Source: a virus. Taken from it: 59,549 nt of DNA. The notes below the pieces were generated by a model. The model was given only the letters and a program-made list of their open reading frames with translations. It ran no database searches and was not told the DNA's origin. The stretch lies in IMG/VR virus record IMGVR_UViG_3300032038_004959; one strand, given 5' to 3'. Positions 24,530-33,400 of this stretch are shown in pieces. The first letter of the stretch is position 1. Every line of letters starts with the position of its first letter. The position numbers were made by a program, and so were the translations under genes.

Positions 24530-24548
24530 GCCGAGCTGAATTTTGGTA

Positions 24549-24556
24549 CAAAGATA
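24549..24556 (-). promoter_or_regulatory. Candidate -7 promoter box (TATCTTTG) for the lysis cassette
   Basis: Plus-strand caaagata, 19 nt upstream of the holin ATG. The palindrome ATGCTTAATAAGCAC lies 8 nt further upstream. Confidence 0.4.
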
Positions 24557-24656
24557 ATAAAAAGATGCTTAATAAGCACCTTTTTATGGTGATATTTTAT
24601 GATTTTTTGTATAAGAGAGACGGAAATCTGTAAATAACCGTCTCCCTCATTACAAT

Positions 24657-27600
24657 TTAATCATGCAAAGTATAGCTCCAATCAATACCGAATACTATAA
24701 ATTCAAATCCGGCATCATTCAAGGATGAATCATCTGCAACCCTGATTTCGACATAGCTTGAATCTCCATCGAAAACAACATTATACACATTTGCAAATAC
24801 TGCATTACCTGCGCCTGTGCCATCCACGCCTCCAAATCCGCATACCATGAAATGAGAACCTGAAGGAATATTACTCGTGCTGAATCCCATTCGATAGACA
24901 CCTTCCGATACTCTTGATATGCTCAATATCGAACTCATCGGAAGATTATTCCACCAATGCCCTGTGAATTGTCCTTCATGGGCTGAGTATCTTCCCTGAC
25001 CTAAGATTAAGGCATACCGACCTCTCACTCCGCTATCTGCCTTAAAGTCGGTTTGACTGAAACGTGATGTGATTTCCCATGAGCCTTTGACCGAGCCATC
25101 GGTTGATGGTCTTTGGAAACAGGTCGCCTCTAACACCTCCTGAGGTCTCAAAACCGCCTCATAGTTTGTGCTTATCGAAGTCATAGAACCTCCCTCATCC
25201 TCTGTGACTGAGAAATTCGTCAATCTTATACGATAATCTCCTTGCGAGAATGTTCCTGTATTGATGACCTTTATCACTTTGCCGATATGCTCTACTCCAG
25301 AGTTTACCACAATGGTAGTTGTTTGCGAAACTCCTTGCAGATAAAATATATTATAATCTTCAAGATGTTCATGTCCTCCATATCCTGTTGACATCAGCAA
25401 TGTTCCACCAAGTCGAGCACCTCCATGAACTCCATCGAGGTACATCGCTCCGTTCTGAGATTCGAGACGATTATTCCTGAATATCCATCCTCCGATATTC
25501 GCTCCATTCGAGAAAAGGAAATCGAGATTCAATACGCCATTCTGATAGAGTAATTTTGAACCGAGTTTCATTCCACCTGTCAGGAGGTCGATATAACTCT
25601 GCCCATCCGCACTCACTATCCTATCGGTCGTGATTCTTGCAGGGAGAATCTCAGTGAATCCATAGAGCGACACATAAGACCTCTGCTCATCGAGTTCTGA
25701 GTTCAGAACGCCGACTAACAGATGATAATAGCCTGATTCTCGCTCCATATCGATAGGAGTCTCAGAAAGCAGGAACTCGCCATTCTGAGCCGCTGCCGTA
25801 TCGACCTTGGCATAGAGATAGTATTTCTTGCTTCCATCTTCAAGACGAGCCGATACATAAGCGGTCATCTCCCATGTCTTATACTCATCGATAGAGTGTG
25901 ATGACTTGATGGCATCGATGCCAAGTGTCATGTGTCTCAGGAATGAATGAGGCACAGAGAGCTGCTTATTGGCTGCATCATAGGTCACTTGGAATGATGA
26001 GTCGATAGTCGCAGAATCGATAGCGGTCACGAATTGGAATTGCAGCGACTCATCACCAACGAGCATCGCCATAGTCTGCACGGTGACAGGATTCACGCTG
26101 CCTGAGAAATTATCAAAGGCATCCTCTAACATCGAGAGCGATTCCTGAGCATCTCTGAATCGTCTGCGAGTGAACTGCAACGCATCTTTGTGGTTTTCCT
26201 CGATGATGACCTCCTGAGAGTCAATCTCCCTGAGCTTCGATGTGAGCGATTGCCCTGTGACATTATTCGAGATTTCGACCGTAGGCGAATAGGGAGAGGT
26301 GAGAAAATCCTTGATGCCTGTGATGCGAATATCCACACCATCAGGAACGAATTGCGTATCTGAGAAATGAACATAACCGCCGACAATCAGTTTGCCGCCG
26401 ATATTTATCCAATTCCTCTTAGCATAGAGAGATTGCAGCGTACCTGTGAACGTGAACTTCTGATTCTCATTCTCCCACAGATGCCTGATAGCCTCTCTCA
26501 TCATATCCCATGATGCGCCTTCTTTGGCTGCATTATCACAGATATATGACGGAGGCAGCATGATTCCGAATATAGCATAAGTATCATTCACGGCAGGAAT
26601 GAATGTCGCATTCGGCATGGTCTGTCCGTCTATCTCCTGAGGCACAATCTCAAATCGTCTCTCAGGATGCTTATACTTGAATTCAAACTCTTTCTCTCCT
26701 GCAAGCATTCCCGACTGAAATACGATGGTCGGAGTCTCGCCCTCGATGATATAGTCATTGATATTCAGGTCGGCAGGGATAGTGTTATCGATGAAGTCGT
26801 AGAAATTCTTTGCAGGCTTCACTGCGATTACCGATGTGACCTTTCCGATACGAGATGGATAATGTTCTGAGCAGTCAAGACTATCCTCTTTGACCGCATC
26901 AGAGATGACATCAGAACGCTCGATATAATAGCCATTCGCATCGCTCGTATAGATATGCCCTATATTCGCATTATAGCCTTGCTCATCTGAGAAATGAGTG
27001 CCATCATATCCCAATGACTGAGACTTAGGCAAAAGCAGCTCAGGTGAGCCATATTCCGAGCGGTCGATATTCCTATCTCCACCCTGCACATAGAGTCGCT
27101 TGATAGGTAGCTCATTCGATGGAGTTGTTCTGCCCACTCCTGGCATGAAGCCGTTTCCCTTGCCGTATGAGAGTGGGAGAGGGTCACTCTTATAGTATTC
27201 GACCTTATGGAGATGGATAGTCGTGCCGACAATCTCCCATTCAGTTTCAAAGGTATCTGCTACCTGAGAGAGAGCTGAATCGATATTCGTATGATTGAAT
27301 TCGATGGTCTTTTCATTGGCATCGATACATGTTCCGATACTCCACACTCCTGCACCATCACGCTCATTCAGATTGGCGACAATCTCCGCAATGAATTCAT
27401 GCGGCTTTGCGCACATCGAGTATTTGAGCCGCTTATCAACCGAGTTTCTCATCTTGTAGAGAGCCATATTATCCTGCCTCGTTCCCATATTCAGGGTGTA
27501 CTCGATATGACGAGTGCCCTGTTTCTTTATGTTCTGAGGTGCATTGAGGAAATATCTCTCTCCCATATAGTCACAATATGCCCCGACAGGAATCTCAACG

Positions 27601-27716
27601 TATCGAGGCAGCGAGAACTTCAAAACGAGCTGAGGTTTCGCCATCAGGGAACGATAGCGGTAGCTGCTATCATTCGGCTGCACTTCGAGAGTGGTATTAT
27701 TGAAATGTAGTATCAT
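24657..27716 (-). CDS. Large tail tip / baseplate protein (siphovirus Tal-like)
   Basis: 1019 aa. The N-terminal roughly 200 aa resemble prophage tail (Tal) N-domains as I recall them. Its position is at the end of the tail module. Confidence 0.5.
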   Translation of the reverse strand: MILHFNNTTLEVQPNDSSYRYRSLMAKPQLVLKFSLPRYVEIPVGAYCDYMGERYFLNAPQNIKKQGTRHIEYTLNMGTRQDNMALYKMRNSVDKRLKYSMCAKPHEFIAEIVANLNERDGAGVWSIGTCIDANEKTIEFNHTNIDSALSQVADTFETEWEIVGTTIHLHKVEYYKSDPLPLSYGKGNGFMPGVGRTTPSNELPIKRLYVQGGDRNIDRSEYGSPELLLPKSQSLGYDGTHFSDEQGYNANIGHIYTSDANGYYIERSDVISDAVKEDSLDCSEHYPSRIGKVTSVIAVKPAKNFYDFIDNTIPADLNINDYIIEGETPTIVFQSGMLAGEKEFEFKYKHPERRFEIVPQEIDGQTMPNATFIPAVNDTYAIFGIMLPPSYICDNAAKEGASWDMMREAIRHLWENENQKFTFTGTLQSLYAKRNWINIGGKLIVGGYVHFSDTQFVPDGVDIRITGIKDFLTSPYSPTVEISNNVTGQSLTSKLREIDSQEVIIEENHKDALQFTRRRFRDAQESLSMLEDAFDNFSGSVNPVTVQTMAMLVGDESLQFQFVTAIDSATIDSSFQVTYDAANKQLSVPHSFLRHMTLGIDAIKSSHSIDEYKTWEMTAYVSARLEDGSKKYYLYAKVDTAAAQNGEFLLSETPIDMERESGYYHLLVGVLNSELDEQRSYVSLYGFTEILPARITTDRIVSADGQSYIDLLTGGMKLGSKLLYQNGVLNLDFLFSNGANIGGWIFRNNRLESQNGAMYLDGVHGGARLGGTLLMSTGYGGHEHLEDYNIFYLQGVSQTTTIVVNSGVEHIGKVIKVINTGTFSQGDYRIRLTNFSVTEDEGGSMTSISTNYEAVLRPQEVLEATCFQRPSTDGSVKGSWEITSRFSQTDFKADSGVRGRYALILGQGRYSAHEGQFTGHWWNNLPMSSILSISRVSEGVYRMGFSTSNIPSGSHFMVCGFGGVDGTGAGNAVFANVYNVVFDGDSSYVEIRVADDSSLNDAGFEFIVFGIDWSYTLHD

Positions 27717-27720
27717 CTGC

Positions 27721-28005
27721 TTACTTTTTATAATTGAAATAGAAATTGCCGAAAAGCCTCACTCCTACGAAATAGAGCGAAGCAATGAAAGTGAACCATA
27801 TCACCGCAAACAGATTCTTATTCTCTTTCTTCACGACTTTCATCATATTCACATAAAGATTCATATCTGCATCGAAACGGTCATCACTATCGCCTCCCCT
27901 GTCATAGTCATCATCGTGCATGACACACGGAGTATAGAATTTCTTAGCATAGGGAGGCTTAATATATTTAAGCACTCCCTTTTGGCAACCGCATCCCTTA
28001 CTCAT
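27721..28005 (-). CDS. Small membrane-anchored protein with a C-x-x-HD-x-x-Y motif
   Basis: 94 aa. PCVMHDDDYDRGGDSDDRFD followed by a C-terminal TM helix (FAVIWFTFIASLYFVGVRLF). Confidence 0.4.
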   Translation of the reverse strand: MSKGCGCQKGVLKYIKPPYAKKFYTPCVMHDDDYDRGGDSDDRFDADMNLYVNMMKVVKKENKNLFAVIWFTFIASLYFVGVRLFGNFYFNYKK

Positions 28006-28510
28006 CGCTCACAACGAAAAGAGAGTAATCGATTGAATCTTTCTCCTGCCATCCCTCTTTGAGAGCGTTATTGATGAATGCAAAAGCTCTCATCACGAAA
28101 TCAGCAAGCACCTCAGTCTTGGTGAATGTGTGATAAACAGGATTGCCCTCTGCATCCTCTCCGAGCTTGAATTTCGCAGGGAGATTTGCGCCCTCTGTCT
28201 GAAATGCGAGGTCGTAGGCAGCTTTGAAATTGAACTGATTTTCCGATGAGAGATATACAGGCTTTCCGTTCCATGAGAACCCTGTGAGGATAGTCGCATC
28301 GGTATGAGCATTGATGAGTGCCTCGATGTCTGCTTTGACCTCTGCGATGGTCGGGATATGGTCGTAGTCCTTACGCCAATTATAGCCACTCTCTGCATCC
28401 TCTGAGTCTTTGCCGAAACCTACATAGATGCAAGCCTTTGTCGATGACAATTTCACGATGCCATCCTGACGCTCAGATGCGCCATAAATCTTGAAAAAAT
28501 CTGTATTCAT
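27998..28510 (-). CDS. Hypothetical tail-module protein (DUF4376-like?)
   Basis: 170 aa. FSWNGKPVYLSSENQFNFKAAYD resembles what I recall of DUF4376 tail-fibre-associated domains. Not Avd-like: it is neither a short basic protein nor predicted to be a helical bundle. Confidence 0.4.
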   Translation of the reverse strand: MNTDFFKIYGASERQDGIVKLSSTKACIYVGFGKDSEDAESGYNWRKDYDHIPTIAEVKADIEALINAHTDATILTGFSWNGKPVYLSSENQFNFKAAYDLAFQTEGANLPAKFKLGEDAEGNPVYHTFTKTEVLADFVMRAFAFINNALKEGWQEKDSIDYSLFVVSDE

Positions 28511-28511
28511 A

Positions 28512-29990
28512 TTACCTGATTTTTAATTGGGTGAATAATCTGTTTATTTCATCATCTGACGGCATCTGAAATCCGAGAGCGACCGCCGAGCAGAAAGTAT
28601 ATTTCGGATATTGACCTTGGAAATCGACCTCCATAGAGCAGAAGAAAGGGAATCCGTCAGGCTCTTGCTTTCGCCTGTCAAGCTCATCCCAATTTTCTTT
28701 GTCGCCTGTCCAAAGTTTCCTGAGCTGACCCTGATAGATGATACTCACGACATATTTATCTCGTGGTTTCTTCACGAGTGATGTATCACCACCTCTCGCA
28801 AGAGTATCATCAACCTCTCGCTTATATCTTTCCTGCTCGACCAAAGGCACGACACCTTTCTCGTAATCAACCACGATAAAAGGCTTGTGGTCTAACTCAC
28901 GACCGCTTATCTTCGAGCCTCTGAAACTCTTTTTGCCGTTGAAGGTCTGAGGACTGCTCAGAGCCTTTCCAAAATCTTTCATTCTTTTCTTCTTTTTCTT
29001 TAATTTGTTATACTCGCTTGGATATAGAATCGTCTCCATAAGATGCCAACCATTGCAATGCTTTGTCATGCCCCACAGAGAACCGATAAGCTCAATCCTG
29101 CGCTTTCTTGACTTAACTTTTCTCAGCTTCTGAGCGAAGTTCTGCTTCACTCTCTTTCTGAGTAGTGAATGAGTCGGGAAAATCACATATCCGAGGAAAT
29201 CCAATCCATCAGACAAAGGAAATACCCTCTCATTATATTTTATCTCCTGACCGATGACTTCAATCTGCTCATGGACGATTCCTCTGCTCTCCCATAGATA
29301 GAGCTTCGAGCCGCTCGCAATCACTCCGTCATCGCAATACCGATAGAAATGCCTTACTCCGTATCGGTCTTTGAGATAGTGGTCGAGGAATACCGATAAT
29401 AGAAGATTTCCGAGACCCTGAGATGAACGCATCCCCATTGAGATTCCCTCATCGAGAAATCTCACGAAACTCTCCAATATCGAAATCAATCTCTCATCCT
29501 TGAAAACCTTTCTCACACAATACATGATGAAATCCTGCTTCACCGTATCATAGAATTTACGGACATCGAATTTATAGATGTATCTCATCCCCTCAGGGTC
29601 GATACGAATATCTCTTTCGATATAGGCTTTCAGGTCGTGCATTCCTCTTTTCTTGATAGATGCAGAGGTAGTCCTGATAAATCGCCTCAGATGCTTATCG
29701 ACAATCTGCATGACTGCACCGACCTTGATTCGGGTTTTCATGTCGAATACTTGAAGATGCCGCTCTTTCCCTGCCTCTACAATATCCTTAGGATGCCACT
29801 TTCCGAGATTGACCTTTCCTGACGCAATTTCTTCTGCTACACCATCAAGGAACGCTTCCCGATGGGCGAGTAACCATCTGCCTTCACTCAGACTCTTTCT
29901 CAGAGTGCCTCTCAGAACCGTATCAAACGCTTCTTCGAGATTGGGACGCTCGATGATTTCCTCAATCACATAGCCATCTCTTTTCGCCAT
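28512..29990 (-). CDS. DGR reverse transcriptase with a roughly 165-aa C-terminal extension
   Basis: 492 aa. YCDD catalytic box (aa 218-221) and MGMRSSQ (GxxxSQ-type DGR motif). It lies 210 bp downstream of the TR on the same strand. The RT core ends near aa 325, followed by KKKKKR and unassigned sequence. Confidence 0.9.
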   Translation of the reverse strand: MAKRDGYVIEEIIERPNLEEAFDTVLRGTLRKSLSEGRWLLAHREAFLDGVAEEIASGKVNLGKWHPKDIVEAGKERHLQVFDMKTRIKVGAVMQIVDKHLRRFIRTTSASIKKRGMHDLKAYIERDIRIDPEGMRYIYKFDVRKFYDTVKQDFIMYCVRKVFKDERLISILESFVRFLDEGISMGMRSSQGLGNLLLSVFLDHYLKDRYGVRHFYRYCDDGVIASGSKLYLWESRGIVHEQIEVIGQEIKYNERVFPLSDGLDFLGYVIFPTHSLLRKRVKQNFAQKLRKVKSRKRRIELIGSLWGMTKHCNGWHLMETILYPSEYNKLKKKKKRMKDFGKALSSPQTFNGKKSFRGSKISGRELDHKPFIVVDYEKGVVPLVEQERYKREVDDTLARGGDTSLVKKPRDKYVVSIIYQGQLRKLWTGDKENWDELDRRKQEPDGFPFFCSMEVDFQGQYPKYTFCSAVALGFQMPSDDEINRLFTQLKIR

Positions 29991-30435
29991 TTCAATGAAA
30001 CTCCTTCAGTTCCTCAGGTCTGAGGTGTTCGAGAATGAACCTACCAACCTCTACCTGCATTCGTGATTTTTCAGTTTTCCGATTTATTATCGCTTTTACT
30101 GAGGCTCAGGTCTCTCGCCCTCAGCTATTCTCTATCTCGTAGGGATATGTCGTAGAGACGATTATTCGGGGAGTTTCGCCCCTATATTTCTTTTCTGTTT
30201 GCAAGCCGAGAACCGTTATTCGTATTCGAGTTCGATGACGCATTATTCGCATTCGCATAAACGACACCGCCATTCGCATTCGCATTGTTATTCGACCGAC
30301 CAACGACACGGCAAATGAGACCCTCTACCTTTCGCCTTTCGGCATCGCTCACGCAGGAGAGCGAGCGGTCTTTTCAGACCGCAACGCCCTGCGCTTTTTC
30401 GCTTTATTATTTTTCTGTTTCATATTCCTTACCTT
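29991..30435 (-). ncRNA. Presumed DGR template RNA region (TR plus structured spacers)
   Basis: No credible ORF here. The TR is flanked by hairpins at 30365..30382 (GCGGTC/GACCGC), 30168..30182 (GGGG/CCCC), 30099..30124 (CTGAGG/CCTCAG) and 30012..30025. Confidence 0.5.
30201..30313 (-). repeat. DGR template repeat (TR)
   Basis: Intergenic copy. In the VR frame it reads CRVVGRSNNNANANGGVVYANANNASSNSNTNNGSRLA, rich in AAY codons. It has 27 coding-strand adenines, and both VRs differ from it almost only at these positions. Confidence 0.85.
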
Positions 30436-33400
30436 TTATTCAGAGATTGATATTTCGCCACGGAAGGCAAGCCGAGAACCGCCATTCGAAAACGAGCGCG
30501 ATGACGCACTACCCGCACCCGCACAAACGACACCGCCATTCGCATACACATCGCTATCCGACCGACCAACGACACGGCAGCGAGAGGATGTGTAATATTG
30601 TCCGTCTGCATAATGAGTAGCGAATCTTGAATTATCATTCACAAACTTCGATGCTACAATATCACAGAATCGACCATGCTTGGTACGAGCGACACAATAT
30701 CCTGAGTTAGTGGTGAGAGCCTGAACAACTCGCTCTGTCTCATTGATTGGGTCGTAGATATGATATTTCGCATCGATAGGATAAGTACCGATGCCGTCCA
30801 ACATCTTATCCTTGAATGCCTGAACGAATGACGGAACATTCACGGCTACCATATCCATCCATTCATAGGTGCAAGCGAAGAAAGACTCAAAGCCCATACA
30901 CTTATTGCCCTGTCCGCTCGTAGAACCGAGATTGGTTGAAGTAGTATTTCCGAGGCTATCGAGATAACCTGTCGTGCCTCCTGCACTCTTGCCATAGCCG
31001 CAATACTTTGAAGAATCACGAGTTCCTGACAGAGAGAAGAAAAGGATTGCGAGCAGCTTACTCATCTCATAGTCGATGAGCTGATAGCCTGCACCTCTAC
31101 GGCGAGCGAGATTTTGGAAATCCTTAGCCGTATAGTTCATCGAGCCTGTCGGAGTGTTGATAGGATTGCCATCCGCATCATATTGCCATTCAATAGATGT
31201 GGTTGATGTTCCTGTGCCGACACGAACCGAAACGCCCGAAACAGAACGGAGTCTTATCAGAGAATCGATGCTTCCCTGATAGATAGCTCCGAGGCACTCA
31301 TCACTCTCTACCCAATCAGGCTCAATCGCCTCAATCTCTGTGCTATCTACGGCGATAGCCTCGATGTCTGAGGAAATGCCGCTTGGCGAAGTGAATACAA
31401 AGGTCTTTGCCTCCGATGGTACGTTGATGAAGATATAATCTCCATTCACGAAATCAAAGAGATTATTTGCGACCGCCATATTATACTTCGAGATGATGAC
31501 ACCGCTCTCATTGAGGAAACAAGCACCGATTGCCTCATTATTCAGTCCTGGGTATCTCACTTGCTTCATGCCCTCGACATCAATCTGATAGGTATTGTGA
31601 TTCGCAGTCTCAGAGACAACTCCTGAGCTTTCGAGAGTGCTGACATTCTCTGTGATATTCGATACCATGATAGCTGCATTCTCTCTCATCAGGATTTGTG
31701 AGAGCTTCTTTCGATTGATACGGCTTGCGCTCGAAATAGGCTCAGAGGATAGAGAACTCCAAGCGATATACTTCTTCTGATTCTTGAAGTCATTGATACC
31801 CTTATACCACAGATGAGGAATGCGCATCATAGCATCATTGCCTGAGCCGAGATTATCGGAATAGTCGAAGTCTGAACCATCCTTGAGCTTCTTATAGTCG
31901 CTCTCGCTCATCTTCACTCCTTCCCATCTGCCCGAAGTCGGATTGAGCTTTCCTGTGACAGGAATCATCAATGAGCGAATCTTCGAGATGTGACCGCTTG
32001 GCTCGTAGCTATCTCCTGTGGTGTTGTTATCCTTATTGGTGATATTCTGAGGGTCTGTCAGAGTATCATCCATCTCTATCAAAGTATATTGCGACTGATG
32101 AATAGTCAGGTCTGCGAACTCACTCTGCCATGCAGAAAGAACCGCATTATCAGTATATTTGGAGAGCATATAAGTACCAACAATGGCAGGAGCAGTCTGA
32201 GCCGTCAGATTCGCATCAAGACCGCTCAGATGGAGCGCAGAGATGGTCGTGAGGTCTGAGCCATCGTCACTTACATTGTAAGGCGTAGCACGAACCACTC
32301 TCAGATTATTGCCACTCGTTCCTGCAAGCTCTCTGAGTAAATCGACAGAGCTGATTTTCGCACAATTCTCAATGATGAGAGTCGTGATACTTCTCTTGTC
32401 TGCGAGAATCAATCCTGAGCGTTGCAGATTAGGCAGATAGCGCAGTCTGAGATAGGTATATGTCGATGGCAGCTGCATATAGGTGAGCTTCGCACCATCG
32501 GCAATATCGGCTCTCGCAAGCTGAGAATTCGCAGCATAGAGCGATTCCAATCGAGGACATCCGCTACATACCACATTCGTGATGAGAGTGCCTCGAATAT
32601 CGAGTTTCTTCAAGAACGGCAATTCTCCGAGATTGACATTGGTGAGCAGGGTGTAAGCTCCGATAGTGAGATTCACCTTGCCGACCTTTCCGAGATAGAT
32701 TTCCTCAGCGAGAGTCATCACAGAGAAATCAAAGTTATTCGACAGGGTGATTTCCGAGAGGTCAATCATCGACATTCTGTCTGCCTGATAGATATAGAGC
32801 AAAGCTCCTTCCTCGTGCGAGAAATTCGTGAAGTTATGGCTCTGTCCTGCTTCGAGATATACACTCTCCGAGATTGAGCCTGAGCTATCGTTACCGATGC
32901 CGAAATAACCTGTCTTAGCAGCCGTGATACGAATCTTTGCGCCGCTTGGAGCATTGACACGACCTGAGAGAACGCCACTAAAGAAATTACCTGTTCCATA
33001 GAAGCCATCACGAATGCGCCATCTTCTTTCGATGAATGCAGGGAGAGAGGTTAATCCCAATCCTTGCAGGGCATAGAAATAGATATTATTGGCAGTCGTA
33101 GATGTGAAATCGATATACTTACGCTCTCCGTCATAGCTCGATACTTTCTTCTGCCAACGCTGGATGCGAGCGGTCAGGAAGAAATAAGTCGCTCCCTCAG
33201 GAGAGAATGGCTGCAAGGTCTGTCCGTCAATGGTAGCCGTGCAGCTTCGCATAGCAGAAGCAACAGTCCTCAGAGATAGCTCTGTATTCTGAGCATCGAT
33301 ATAGACGGTCTGCTGCAAATAGATATTGCGGAACAAAACCGAGTTATATCCTGCATACGGATTAGTATATCCTGTCTGAGCATCAGGCATCTTGTTAGGG

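Noticed and set aside
12743-30579. Whether the three 113-bp repeats could be a CRISPR-like array or a transposon-end system.
   Set aside because: There are only three copies, with spacings of 153 bp and about 17 kb. Two of the copies lie inside ORFs in the same reading frame, and the differences are confined to adenines. No short regular repeat-spacer array exists anywhere in the window.
30285-30620. 111-aa plus-strand ORF spanning the TR-VR1 spacer, considered as a possible Avd.
   Set aside because: It is antisense to the TR and VR1 and is His/Arg/Thr-rich because it reverse-reads the repeat. It has no helical-bundle character and is on the opposite strand from the RT.
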